64,000 bases of DNA from positions 4,712,001 through 4,776,000 of the forward strand of contig CDPCPM010000092.1 in NCBI GenBank assembly GCA_976551045.1. The letters are read 5' to 3'. Within the stretch, counting starts at the first letter, position 1. The number at the start of each line of letters is the position of its first letter. This document shows, one piece after another, positions 51,820 to 64,000 of this stretch. Origin of the DNA: Glaucostegus cemiculus (Eukaryota). Below the pieces are notes generated by a model. It was given only the letters and a program-made list of their open reading frames with translations. It was not told the origin of the DNA and made no database searches. A program made the translations under genes and the position numbers.

Positions 51820-52710
51820 TAAGAGCACAAGATTATAAGAAGCAGGAGCATGACAAGGCTATTAGATCCTTCAAGCTTGTTCCACTGTTGATAAAGATCA
51901 TGGCTGATCTTCCACTTCAATGCCATTTTCTAACATGATCACCATAGCTCTCAATTCTCTTAATATACAGAAATATATCAATCTCTGTTTTAAATGACCA
52001 CACCATCTGAATTTCCATTGCCCTTCAGGGTAGGGAATTCTGAGGAGAATCATCACACTTTGAAGAATTGTTTTTGCCTATATGGCTTATCCCTCATTTT
52101 CAAACTATGGCCCTGGTCCCAGGCTCCTCAGTCAGGCAAAACATCCTCTCTGCATCTAGCCTGTCACGTCCTTTAACAATGTTGTAACTTTCAATAGGAG
52201 CTCCTCTCATTCTTCTAAAATTTATAGAATACAGTCCCACTCTACTCAGTCTCTCCTCATACAGCGAACTTGCCTGTCACTGGAACCAGTCCAGTAAATC
52301 TTCACTTTACTTCCTCTGTGGCAAAGATGTCCTTCGGTAAGGAGAACAAAACTCTCCTTACCTAATACTCCAGATGCAGTCTCACAAAAGGCCCTCACAA
52401 TATAAGAATAGACTTCCTTATTATAAGAGGACAATACATCATCTGTCCTCCTAATCGCCTACATGTTGGTCTTCAATGATTTACATTCAAGCATATTCAG
52501 GTTCCTTCAAACATTGATAATACCCAATCTCTCAGCATTTTACAAAACTGTTTCTAGTATATGTACCAAAATGAAAGTTGCTACATTTTCCATAATATAT
52601 TCTATTTGCCATGCTGATGCCCACTCACTCAGTTTGTATATACCCCCTTGAAGCCTTTTTACATCTTCCCCTATGCTCACAATCATGCCTAGTTTAATAT
52701 TGTCAACAAA
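51820..52710 (-). mobile_element. 5'-truncated CR1
   Basis: FVDNIKLG..EDVKRLQ..KLSEWASAWQ, plus 3' UTR at 51830-51900. Confidence 0.8.
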
Positions 52711-55077
52711 TGTTAGAAATGGAGGATGACCCATTGAATGTGGTAGGGCGGAAGACGAGGACAAGGTGAACCCTGTTCATGCTCAGGTGGGAAGGGGGTG
52801 TCAGCAGAAGTGCAACTGATACATTTGAGCACCTTATCATCCATAGTGAATTGGAAACCACAATTAAGGAAAAGGAAACAGTAGTGTAGAAAGTGTTGCC
52901 ATCAGCACAAATACAACAGAGCCCCAGAGAAACTGGGAGAATGGAATGGAGTCCTTTCCAGAAAAGATACAGAAAAGGAATAAGTGTTGAAATATTTAGT
53001 AGAACTTAATGTGCATAATTTATCAAATCAAACAGGGTAAAATAAAAGGCTTTGGATAAAATCAATCCTTGTTAAATATTTAATGTTTCCCAAAGGACTG
53101 GACCATGTTCAAGATAGGAGCAAAGGATAAACCATGCACATGTGGTCAAGTCTAACATTAGTTCTAGGCAATCTCTTAGATTCCATAAATCAAGACTAAA
53201 AAGTTATGAGCATTTAATCAAAAACAGTCAGCACAAATTTCTTAATGGCAGGTCATGCTGGTAAATGTCATAGAACAGAAGATTTAAACGGGTGAATATG
53301 TGAAATGGATGCAGTAGGTGCCACATATTGAATTTTCTGTAGCCTTCAAAAATGCATGTATGTAGTTTAAAAGGATATTTTGCAGCATTGATAGAAAATT
53401 TGGCAAAAGAGATGGAGTAAATATAATTTGCAGAAAGGGTGGAATATGTGTATACAAGGACTTGGTCCTGGGCCTACATGTTTTCATATCTGGACAATTT
53501 CAATATTCATCTGAAAATGTGCCGATAAAATTAAAATTTAGCGGTTAGGCAGGATTACAAACTGGTTGACAGGTAGCAATGGTAGTTCAGATGAAACAAT
53601 GTATTTTAGCAAGAGGGAAAAAAAATTGGGGAATATAATTTTAATGGAAGGAAGACCAAGATAAGTTTAGAGAAACTTGTCAGTTCAGGTATATAATTGT
53701 CTACAAGTACAAGAGCAGGTTGTAAGAGTTCCAAAATTTTCCACAAGTTGTTTAGATTTTATAAATAATGGACTGATTAGCACATGGTAATGGTTCCGTC
53801 AAAATTAGAAAAATTGTGAAATAAGAACAGAAAGTGCAGTAGATCAGGCAGCATCTGTGGAAAGAGAAGCAAAATTAACATTCTATGTTGGAGATCCTTG
53901 CTCATTGTGTTCCGTTTTGGGCAACCCATTGTAGAGAGCACATTAAACCAAAGCAACTGCATAGAGTAAATTCATCAGAATGATGCAAGTAATAGGTGAC
54001 AAAATTTCCAAGAAAGACTAGAAACCCAAGAGTTTTGATTAACTTTTATATATATAAAAAGGTGGTGACCAGAATGTCTGAGAAATAACTCCAATAATAA
54101 GTCTGATAACTTTCAGCAAAGCAACATTGGTTTCTGAAATTGTAAAGCAGACATAACAAAATTTGTTTTAGACTAATAAGAGATTTAATAGAGATTTATT
54201 GTAATCAAGAAAATGTTTGGCGTGAAAGCTATTTCTTTTGGTTTGAAAGTGAGGACAAGGTATTATCAATTCAAAATTGGCAACTGCCATTACAAGAGAA
54301 GTTGGGAGAAATACACCCAGTCAGTAGATTTTCAACTCCGGTGAATGAATGGAAAGGCTGAATCTGGACTTTTGAATTAAGTACAAAATGGGCAGCCATT
54401 TTACCTCCTTTACACCTATGTTTCACTATTGCCCACTTTGCACCATCACTACTAACCAATATGGCTTCCAAAATTAGGTGAATATTTCAAGAGGCAAATA
54501 CTTGGCATTGCAGTGCACTGGTACATGTTGATTTACTCCGGAAAGGGCTAGCCCAGACAGAATGGGCTAAATATCTTTTAACTTTGATGGACCCAAATTC
54601 TATTGTTTAACTGTGAAGAATGAGGGAAATTCCACCAACTGAATTTATCTCATTAGGGCAGAAATAACTGGGATCCAGATCAGATCTTTGACAATCTGAT
54701 TAAAATCAAAGTGTGTCAGATGAAAACTAACAATTTATTTGAACTTATAAAAATCAGAGCTCAGTAAATTTGCAACATCTGGGTACATTTCATCATGCAC
54801 AGCTGTCACTTAAATTAATAAACCAAAATGCCAGAGTTTCTTCAAATTGTTACTTTAGCGATGCTGATTCAGCTGATAAATCTGAATATTGATTAATACT
54901 TAGTTCATTAAATATTAACTAAGGTGTGATATTCAGCACTTGTGAAAGACAGTTGTTAAGCCACAGCTAGCATATTGCATACAAACTGAAGCACCCATTA
55001 TCGCAGAGTACAGTAACAATTCAATAGAATTATGTTCAAAACAAGAGACTAATATTCATTTAGCAAGAATCTTTTCT

Positions 55078-55099
55078 CCCCCCCCCCCCCCCCCCCCCC
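55078..55099. repeat. C22 homopolymer expanded inside a CR1 stub
   Basis: cttttct(c)22actggagcagagaaggcta. Confidence 0.9.
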
Positions 55100-55979
55100 A
55101 CTGGAGCAGAGAAGGCTAGAAGAAGATTTTAAAGTTTTGAAAGGCTTTAAAGAAGCAAATAATGAAAGATTGCAATCAGTATATCTGTAAGAAGATAGAA
55201 CAGATTGAAGATTCATTCTCAAGGTAATTTTCAGCCCACTAGACAAGGTTCATGTTCATAAACACTCCAAATTTTTAAGCCAACTTTTTTTACTTGCTAA
55301 ATGCAAAAATACATCATTGAATATATTGCAGACTCAATGAAAAAATTAACATGACAATCCCAAATACTTCCCCGAGTTGCACTGCATGAGAAAGAACATT
55401 TAGCTCTCACAGATTCCCACTTTAAACATGTGCCAGATGGCAAAGGTCACCTTATCTGCCTCCAGCATAAACATCTCCCCACGTTGATGCCATTTCACAA
55501 TTTTCAGTTAAGTTTACATTTTCTGTCTCGATTTGCCTACATGTGCCAGCTGGAAACCTGTTTGTCCAAAAGCATCTGTGAGCATACTCAGCTGAAGTAG
55601 GCGAGTATGTCTGGGGGGTGGGGTGTTGCCATAATATAGGAGACTTCCAGAATGAGGTGAAATGATCCTGCATCCTAGCATTTATTTCAAGATTGTGAGA
55701 GACAATGGTGAATGACTGGAACAGAAATGCCAGGAAAGTATTTCAAGCAGAGCCAGAGATAAAATTGTATGTTTTTAATTATCTTGCTACCATTTAATTC
55801 TGTCCTATTACAATGAGTGGGAAGTTTTTTTTTAAATTTAGATTTTAGGATGAAGTATAAATGGACACATTTGATTCTAGTGTATTTTGAATCTGGTCAC
55901 TACAGAGACACTGTAAACATTACTGCTTTGTGGGCATCAATCCAACCAAATAATTAAGACCACTTTATCCAAAACCGAA

Positions 55980-56440
55980 TGGCTACATATGCTGAAATTT
56001 TGAAACAAAGTACCAGAAATAATCAGCAGGTCAGGCAGCATCCGTGGAGAGAGGAAAACAAGGGCAATGTTTCTAGCCATCAACTTTTCATCAGAACTGC
56101 AAAAAGTTAGAAATAAAACAAAAGTTAGAAATAAACCAAGAGAGAGATTTCTAGATGAGGTGCATGTAGTAGACAAATTAAATATGAAATTACAAGCAAA
56201 GAGGAGAGGAGAGTGAAGAGAACAGAATACTAGAAATGTGAGATACAAAACTGAAATGGCTGATTATCTGAAACTGTTCAATCTACCGGTGAGTCAGGAA
56301 GGTTGTAAAGTATCTCATCAGGAGATGAGTGCTATTTCTTGACCTTATACTTGGGTCATTGGGACAATGTAGGAGGCCAAGGATGGGGACTTCATTATGG
56401 AATTACAACCGAGAAACAACTGGAAGCTTAGGGTCATCCT
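55980..56440 (-). mobile_element. Penelope-like 3' region with hammerhead remnant (56061-56099)
   Basis: Minus CAGTT-CTGATGA-AAAGTTGATGGCTA-GAAACATT, plus cagcaggtcaggcagcatc terminus. Confidence 0.7.
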
Positions 56441-57203
56441 TGCTGGTGGTGCAAGTTGTACTGTAGTTGCTCCTTGTTTCAGAATGTCACCACTAGATGA
56501 CATTCAGATGTAAATCAAAAAAAAAGAATCACTTTCTCAAAAGCAACTTTATTTTCCATCTTTTATTATACTAAAGATATTTCATTGAATTAATCTCTTT
56601 TTCAGTTTAAATTTTAATGATTTTAGTCTAATCTGCAAGGTCTTTTGACTGTGCTCAGTTACTAATCTGAGTGGCAGGAAGCACTAAGAATTCACTATTC
56701 TGTAACAATGAGGGAAACTGGAAGCAAGAATCACATCATGCCAGTCACAGATACTCTCAGCTTACTACTAGCTTAGTTTGGGACTAAGCCTGATGCCCAG
56801 GTTAACGGCAGCAGAGAAAGAGGGAAGTGAAGATGAATGTCGTACAATATTCACAAAAAGTGATTCATATCTCATAATACATGATAGTCTTATTGTACCA
56901 AGAACTTCTTACTTTTTAAGATAGGCTGGACCTCTCTAGAATCATCACCTGGTGTCTGTTCAAAAATTGTATTCCATAAAAATGCCCCTGTCTCCAACGT
57001 CAGTTCTCGAAGGGACTGACTAAAAATCAGGTCACAATTGAATGGAGTTGCATGAGGGTTAATCTCAGTCAGATAAGGCATTAAGGCTCTTATCTGGATT
57101 TTTTTTTAATTAAATCACTATGCTGCAATGCCATGAAAATATTTTGAACACCCTCACCACCCCACCTTGCTCACACAATTGCATTGTTTTTCAAAATACC
57201 AAC

Positions 57204-57237
57204 CTTTCAATCTGAAGACGTATAAAGAAAACTGTTT
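57204..57237 (-). CDS. Candidate 34-nt exon of an unidentified host gene
   Basis: TTCTTATTCTTTTTCTTCACAG acceptor, AAG|GTTGGT donor. Open as KQFSLYVFRLK or TVFFIRLQIE. Confidence 0.3.
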
Positions 57238-57804
57238 CTGTGAAGAAAAAGAATAAGAATTTGAAGCAATCTTCCAAAGTTTTTTTACAAAAACATTGGT
57301 ACTTTCACTTGACAGAACTATTGAGAAGTGAAATCCCACCTTGATGTTGTGTCGACCAGATAGCTTGGATGGGTTTGGCCATCTCACATCTGGCAAGAAA
57401 TTCCAACCCTAATTTTTCATGACTGTTTGTTTGCTTTAACTTCTTACGTGATAATTGGTGTACAGGTAATCCTCCTCAGTGTGGGCCATAATTATTAAAT
57501 GAAATATTTGGAAAACATACAAGATTGCTTTGGAAGAAATTGAGAACTTCATATTTTTGGGACAAAGCAAGGCATTATGCCAAAGGCTCCATTTATTTAT
57601 GTTTACCCATAATTAATTTTACAGAAAGTAGTTGTTTGGGAAGAATGTCCTGTTTATTCAATTCATTGTGTGTATTGAAACCAATGGATTTCATGTGCAG
57701 AAGCTTGAAATGTGGTAATAACCAGGATATAAAGAGACTGCTGGTTTCCTATTCACTGATATAAAAAAAACTAAGGGCTATAAATTAACATAGCAAGGCA
57801 CCAG

Positions 57805-58545
57805 AACATACAGATATAGGAATAGGTTTAGGCTATTTAGTCTCTTGACTTATGCTATCATTCAGTGAGATGATGGCTGACCTATAATCTAATTCCACAT
57901 TCCACCTTTGGCCCAAATCCCAAAATAATGTTCGTTGACAAAAATCTGCCAATCTTCAATTTAAAAATCGGCATTAATTTCTGTTTATGGAAAAAGAACC
58001 CTGAATTTTGACCACCCATTGCTTGCAGAAGTGTTTTCTAACTTCACTGATAAAGGCTTGCCTTTAATTTTTGTACTTTGTGCCTTGGTCCTAGGCTTCC
58101 CAAACTGTTTTGTTTTAAATCTAATCATTTTACTGGATGTTGGAGTTACTAGCAAGGCCAGCATTTATTGCCTGTCCCTAATTGTTGTTCAGAAGACAGC
58201 AATGAGCTATTTTCATGAGCCACAACAGTTTTGGTGGATTTCCATGCTTTAGACCCAACAATAATGATGACAAAGTGATTCCAAATCTAGATAGCAGGCG
58301 AATTGCAGAATTGTAGGGGAACGTGCTGATGCTGGTGGTGTTTCCATGCGCTTTCTACTCTTGCCCTTCTTGGTGATAGGGGTTGTGGTTTGGGAGGTGC
58401 TGTTGATGAAACCTCCTTGAGATGCTACATGGTACACACTTCAGCCACATTACACCTGTGATGAAAGAAGTGATTTTTTTTTGCATGGAGGTGGTGATGC
58501 CAGTCAAATGGGCTGCCTTCGCCTGAATGTCTTTGAACTTCTTGT
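57805..58545 (-). mobile_element. CR1 3' stub (57805-58105) followed by an LF-SINE-tail-type LINE 3' end (58130-58545)
   Basis: agaacatacagatataggaatagg tail, and agcaaggccagcatttattgcctgtccctaattg motif. Confidence 0.65.
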
Positions 58546-58968
58546 TTAAGCTTTCCGTGTAATTTAACCATTTGAGTCCAGATATCATTCTGATAAATTT
58601 ATGCTACACTCCATGCATGGACTGAAAATTTTGCAGGCTTCCATCTGTAGTCTAACAAGGAATAGTTTGAGTAGTTGCAGCATAAACTCAACTCAGTTGT
58701 ACTCTAGTCCTTTAAAAGCCTGCATTCCAATAGCCTTTTTGATAGTTATAGCTCTTCAGTGCATTTTAGGTTCAAAGTGAATAACCATATGCCCATGTTG
58801 GAATATATTCACCCTTGCTTATAGCATCTGCTTAATTTATTAATTTCCATTTGTAGTTATATCCTACCATTGGTATATACATTGTCATAGATCTTTGTGT
58901 CATTACCAAACTCATATGTTTTTTTCTATCCTCTTATTTGTCACTAATGAGGCAAGTGAATAGCTTTT

Positions 58969-59265
58969 GATATGATATTTATTTGTTACATGTACATCGA
59001 AACACACAGTGAAATGCATCTTATTCATTACTGAGAATGTGCTGGGGGCAGCCCGCAAGTGTCGCCACTCTTCCGGCGCCAACATAGCATGCCCACAGCT
59101 CCTAACTTGTATGTCTTTGGAATGTGGGAGTAAACCCGAGCACCCAGAAGAATCCCACCCAGACATGGGGGGAATGTATAAACTCCTTACAGATAGCAGT
59201 GGGAATTGAACCCAGGTCACTGGCACTGTAATAGTGTTACACTAACCACTACAGTACCATGCCGC
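58969..59265 (-). mobile_element. Full-length V-SINE
   Basis: Minus GCGGCATGGTACTGTAGTGGTTAG (A box), GGGTTCAATTCCC (B box), V domain and tail. Confidence 0.92.
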
Positions 59266-59587
59266 TAGTTAAGCTCCCAAAGGATGCAAGAATACAGATC
59301 TACAGAATTGTTGTTATTACTCAACTGCCATCAAAACTAGCCTTGCATTCAGTTGTACCAAACTGTAAGAAAATACTTTAAAAAATTAAATTGAATAGAC
59401 CTAACAGCACCTAGGTGTCTGGAGGGATATGGCCCAGGTGCAGGTAGATGAAACTAGGTAGAAGATCACGCCAGCATGGACTTGATGGGCTGAAGGGCTT
59501 GTTTCCATGACCACTCCATGACCACCCAGATTCAGCTTGGGCACCAGACACAAGTACACACAATTCATAATAAAAATTTCCCAAAGG

Positions 59588-59796
59588 AGACACAAGACAC
59601 TGCAGATGCTGGAATCTGGAGCAAAGAAAGCTGCTGGAAGAACTCAGCAGGTTGAGCAACATCAGTGGAAGTTGTGGGCATGCTATGTTGGCAGTGGAAA
59701 TGTGGCGACACTTGTGGGCTGTCCCCAGAACATTCTATGCATAGATGCATTGCACTGTGTTTTGATGTACTTGCAGCTAATAAAGATATCTTATCA
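59588..59796. mobile_element. Penelope terminus (59588-59665, minus) abutting a 5'-truncated V-SINE (59666-59796, plus)
   Basis: actgcagatgctggaatctgg..aactcagcagg, then gaagttgtgggcatgctatgttgg..aataaagatatcttatc. Confidence 0.85.
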
Positions 59797-60499
59797 TTTG
59801 TTAAAAAAATGAAAGTTGTCCAACAATTCAGAAATGCTCAAAGAATAAGCTTTGTTACAGTTTGAGACTCCTCCATCACCAGTTATGCCCCATCCTACTG
59901 GACAGGTCAAACCCAGCACAGGTTTTGCATTTTTATATGTTTTTTCTTCTAGTCCTTTACCCCCTTATTGCATTACTCTTTCATCCTTGCCACTTCTAAC
60001 TATAAAATCACTTGAACTTCTTTTCTTTTCCCACCTATCTAACAACACCCAAGAGCATCTACCTTCAGCTAGTGTACTGGGTTTACCAAATACATTGTGT
60101 AGCAGGATGCTTAATACAAATTGATAGCAGGATATATGGAACCCAAGTAAATCAGGCAGACAGGCAAGTGAGTGCCTTTTATCTCAGTCACAGAATCAAG
60201 TAATAGAACAAGGCAACATAAGACCATCATCCACGTTGGATAGTTCAATTTTTTGGTTCTTAACCATATTTCTGCAACCTTTTTCTCTTTCTAGTGTACA
60301 TCCAAATCCTTTCATCCTTTGAATAACTCTAGAACCTCCTATTCTTTATGAACTAGTTTTGTAAACCTGGTCTGACATCAGTCTTACCTTAATTTACCTT
60401 GAATTAGAAATCCAGAATACAAAAAGCAACAGCATTTTCAAAGGCCTACTCCAAGACTTCCTATTCACACACCCATTAAAAATTCTACAATTTTATTTC

Positions 60500-61090
60500 A
60501 AACATAGAACATTACAGCACAGTACAGGCCCTTTGATGCACAATGTTGTGCTGACATTTTACCCTGCTCTAAGACCTATCTAACCCTTCCCTCCCACATA
60601 GCCCTCCATTTCTTTGTCATTCAAGTGTCTATTGAAGAGTCTCTTAAATGTCCCTAATGTATCTGCCCCCACAACCTCTGCTGGCAGTGCATTCCACACA
60701 CACACCACTGACATACCCCTGACATCCCCCTTATATCCTCTTCCAATCACCTTAAAATTATGCTCCCTCATGTTAGCCATTGTCGCCCTGGGAAAAAGTC
60801 TCTGACTGTCCACTCGATCTATGCCTCTTATTATCTTGTACTGTTTCACCCTATCCTTCCTAGCAAAATGCATCATGTCAGACTTTTCTCGTTTGAATTT
60901 CACCTGCCACAAGTCCTTCCATTCCACCAATTTACCCACATCTTCCTGAAATTTATTCCTATTTTACTCACTTGTTACTATACTACAAAGGTTTGTGTCA
61001 ACTCCAAATTTAAAAATTTAGCCATCTAGTCATTTACCGGATTGAAGCATTATATAATAAAACAGTGCAAGTACTGTCAAGGGAAGCTGG
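60500..61090 (-). mobile_element. CR1 3' fragment joined to an older CR1 RT remnant
   Basis: YKIIRGIDRVDSQRLFPR..WNALPAEVV, aacatagaacattacagcacagtacaggccc tail. Confidence 0.85.
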
Positions 61091-61664
61091 GTTCATGACC
61101 AAAGTCAGAGTCATGACAAAGTACGAACATATGGAGTCAGAGGACAAAACATAAAATGAATAAGATGAGTACAAAATAAAAATCAGAAAGTAGGGCTAGT
61201 TATTCAAACTGATAGTGCTCCACAGAGATCACTGATAGGAACAATGTTGTTCAACGTTTACATAAATGACTTGAACTTGGATAATCTAAACACAATTTCA
61301 ACATTTTCACGTTAGGCCAAAATAATACCAGAATTGAAAAGTTATACCTATCAGATAAGATTGAACAAGCTGGGACTCTCTTCTCTAGAAAAAAAAAGCA
61401 GAAAAGGAGCTGATTGATGTCTTCAAGTTTATGAAGTTATTAGCCATGAAGAAGTTTCATTTTGCAGAGAAGTCCAGAAACTGTAAATACAAGGGCTTAG
61501 ACTTTGCACTCAGCAGCAAGCCAACAGTGCTCTCTGTTGATTTTTGTAAAAAATAAAAATCTTACTTTCATTGATCCTCCAGAGGGAACTTGCAGAAATT
61601 CTGAGAGGATTGTGCAAGGGAGGATCTTAAGTGAGGGAAGGGCAAATGGCCTTAGCCATCTACA

Positions 61665-62045
61665 ACCTTTAACATTCACTCCCTCCATTGTCGGCTCACT
61701 GTGGCTCCTGTATATGCAATCTATGAAATGCAATACACCAACTCACCAACGCTGCTTCAAGAGCATTTTCCAAACTTAGGATCTCTTCCACCTAAAAGGA
61801 CAAGGTTAGCACATGTGTGAGGATATCACCACTGCCAGGTTTCAGCCCAAGTCATACTGATGAGAAACACCATTCAAGTTTGTCATTATCACCCTGATCC
61901 CAATCTAATGGAACAATGGGAGTACCTTTACCACACAGACTGCAGCCTTTCATAAAGAGTGCTCACCGCCACCTTCTCAAAGGCAATGTGGATTGATAAT
62001 AAGTGCTGGCCTTACAAGAGACATTCACCTGTGTGAATCAATAAA
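61665..62045 (+). mobile_element. LINE 3' end with LF-SINE-type tail
   Basis: SLHC..TVA..YA.Y.M.C..SP.LL..H.PN remnant, gctcaccgccaccttctcaa..aagtgctggcctt..aataaa. Confidence 0.65.
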
Positions 62046-62114
62046 TGCATTTTTTAAAATTAAGCTAGAATTAATGAGACCAGCTTTACATAAATTTTAG
62101 TTTATATGAATACA

Positions 62115-62868
62115 GGGGCAGTGTACATGCACCTGTCTACATCAACGGTGCTGAGGTTGAGAGGGTTAAGAGCATCAAGTTCTTAGGAGTGAGCATCACC
62201 AACAGCCTGTCCTGGTAGATACTACGGCCAAGAAAGCTCACCAGCACCTCTACCTCAGGAGGATAAAGAAATTTGGTATGTCCCCTTTGAAACGCACCAA
62301 CTTTTATCGATACACCGTAGAAAGCAACCTATCTGGATGCGTCACAGCTTGGTATGGCAACTGCTCTGCCCAGGACCGTACGAAACCGCAGAGAGTTGTG
62401 GACACAGCCCAGCATATCACAGAAACCAGCGTCTCCTCCTTGGACTCTGTCTTTACCTCTCAATGCTTTGGTGAAGCAGTCATAATCAAAGACCCCACCC
62501 ACCTGGGTCATTCTCTCTTCTCACCTCTCCCATCAGGCAGAAGATACAGGAGCCTGGGGGCACATACCACCAGGCTCAAGGACAGCTTCTATCCCACTGT
62601 GACTATTGAATGGTTCCCTTATATGATGAGATAAACTCTGACCTCACAATCTACCTAGTTGTGACCTTGCACCTTATTGTCTACCTGCACTGCACTTCCT
62701 CTGTAGCTGTTGCACTTTACTCTGTACTGTTAATATACTACCTCGATGCACTCTGTACGAACTCAGTGCAACAGCACTGTGAAATGAATTGATCTGTACG
62801 ATCAGTATACAAGACAAGTTTTTCACCGTACCTCGTTACAAGTGACAACAATAAACCAATATCAATAC
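62115..62868 (+). mobile_element. 5'-truncated Rex1/Babar LINE
   Basis: NFYRYTVES.LSGCVTAWYGNC..DPTH.GHSLFSPLPSGRRYRS..TTRLKDSFYP. Same family as 4389-5481. Confidence 0.9.
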
Positions 62869-63479
62869 TGGAACTTCGTTCGTGATCACCGAGTTTGTGT
62901 CATTTTTACATAGCTAAGAGGGCAGAAATGCATCCAAGCCAGTGTCAACTGGATCCTGCTGTTTAACCATACAATGAACTTTCACTGCAGTTGCTGTATT
63001 ATTTATGCATAACTAATAGCATTAGCCACATGCCTCACTTCTTGACATCAAATTGGAGCTCATAAGCTTAGTTATGATTATACCTCATCTTTAAAGAGGA
63101 ATTAGAAACTTTGAAAAGAACCACTATGAAATCAATTTGCAGCCAGAGTCTAGAAATTTAATTTTACCCTTTCTGATGTGCTTAACACGCTGCTTACTAA
63201 TGCCCGGTTGGACCCCCCACAAAAAAAAAGCATGAAGTTGGCCAACAATAAGTTTGAATCAGCACTATGGTGGTTTATACACAAAATCACGTGCTTTCCA
63301 GGACCTGTGTCATTCCCACTGGGACCTCACTCAATTCAGCCCAGCTGGAAAGAGCTTACAGCAATCACAAAAGGGATTTTAAGACCCTTAAAAGGTACAC
63401 ATCCCTTGGCAGCAGCACACATTATAATCGGCCATAAAGGAAACAGAATTTGTAGGAGAGGGAGAGAATATCAAGGTTG

Positions 63480-64000
63480 ACTCAAAGCCCTGGTGAATGA
63501 GAGGGGACTATCATGGGCTCCAGATGGACAGGACATTTGTCAGAGCCATCACCAGAAGGGCATAGCAGGAGCTGGCTCCAGTGGTCTCCATCAGAAGTGG
63601 GAATTGCTGCAAGGTTTGATACATCATGTCAACAGAAATAGTGCTGCAGAGCAACAGAAATAGTGCTCTTTCAGTCTCACACACTTAAGAGGTACACTCA
63701 CTGACAGTATTTCATTGGGATCACTACATCCACTTTGATTCAATCAACAATTGATGTCCCCATTACTATTTGTGCCACTGTATCATTAGAAAAGGTGTTG
63801 TGGCTCAGATCGCAGGCGCAACTGTCTTCTGCTGTGTCCTTACAGGATATTGCAATAGGCTACCCATTACCCCCTGCCCAAGAGAGAAGGAGCAGGAGAG
63901 GCCACTGGAAACAGGATAAGGTAGGGGTGGTGATGATAATGATAAAAATGAACTCATTTCAGGCAAGAGCCTGTTGCCGGGCCTAGATGACACCTGTGCA
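63480..64000 (+). mobile_element. Probable PIF/Harbinger transposase C-terminal relic
   Basis: TTSTLIQSTIDV and VFCCVL/QDIAIGYPLPP resemble TR..IE.TIG.LK and V.CC.LHN.A...PLPP. Confidence 0.4.

Larger units (their letters stand above)
50905..52960 (-). mobile_element. Older Penelope-like element split by a solo LTR and a CR1
   Basis: GIY-YIG remnants at 50905-51003 and 51401-51810, resuming at 52720-52960 (VHLVLVFRP). Confidence 0.65.

Noticed and set aside
56101-56137. Short tandem duplications (also 63631-63667)
   Set aside because: Ordinary slippage events within old repeats.
56487-56506. CTCF-like CCACTAGATGACA
   Set aside because: Mismatch at a core G and no supporting context.
59185-59265. 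A and B boxes as a tRNA gene (also 5626-5700)
   Set aside because: They continue directly into the V-SINE body and tail.

Overview
This is vertebrate nuclear DNA, AT-rich and CpG-depleted. The repeat families (HER1-type CR1 LINEs, HE1/V-SINEs, SacSINE1-like DeuSINEs, Penelope-like elements) indicate a cartilaginous fish, probably a batoid. There is no intact protein-coding ORF, operon, CRISPR array, rRNA or tRNA gene. The window reads as a large intron or gene desert packed with nested transposons: two near-full-length but disabled CR1 LINEs (34928-38983, 40196-44393, both minus), many CR1 and Rex1/Babar fragments, Penelope-like elements carrying decayed minimal hammerhead ribozymes, a Ty3/Gypsy gag relic, two solo LTRs, PIF/Harbinger relics and a Tigger-like MITE. 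A few short minus-strand segments have good splice signals and may be exons of an unidentified host gene. The best leads are the hammerhead-bearing Penelope termini and their fold-back rearrangements, a V-SINE with a Rex1/Babar-type tail, a TATA-monomer array ahead of a CR1 ORF1, and a 128-bp duplication flanking a chimeric insert. I found no convincing wholly new system. All family calls are by eye, without database searches, and boundaries of old repeats are approximate.
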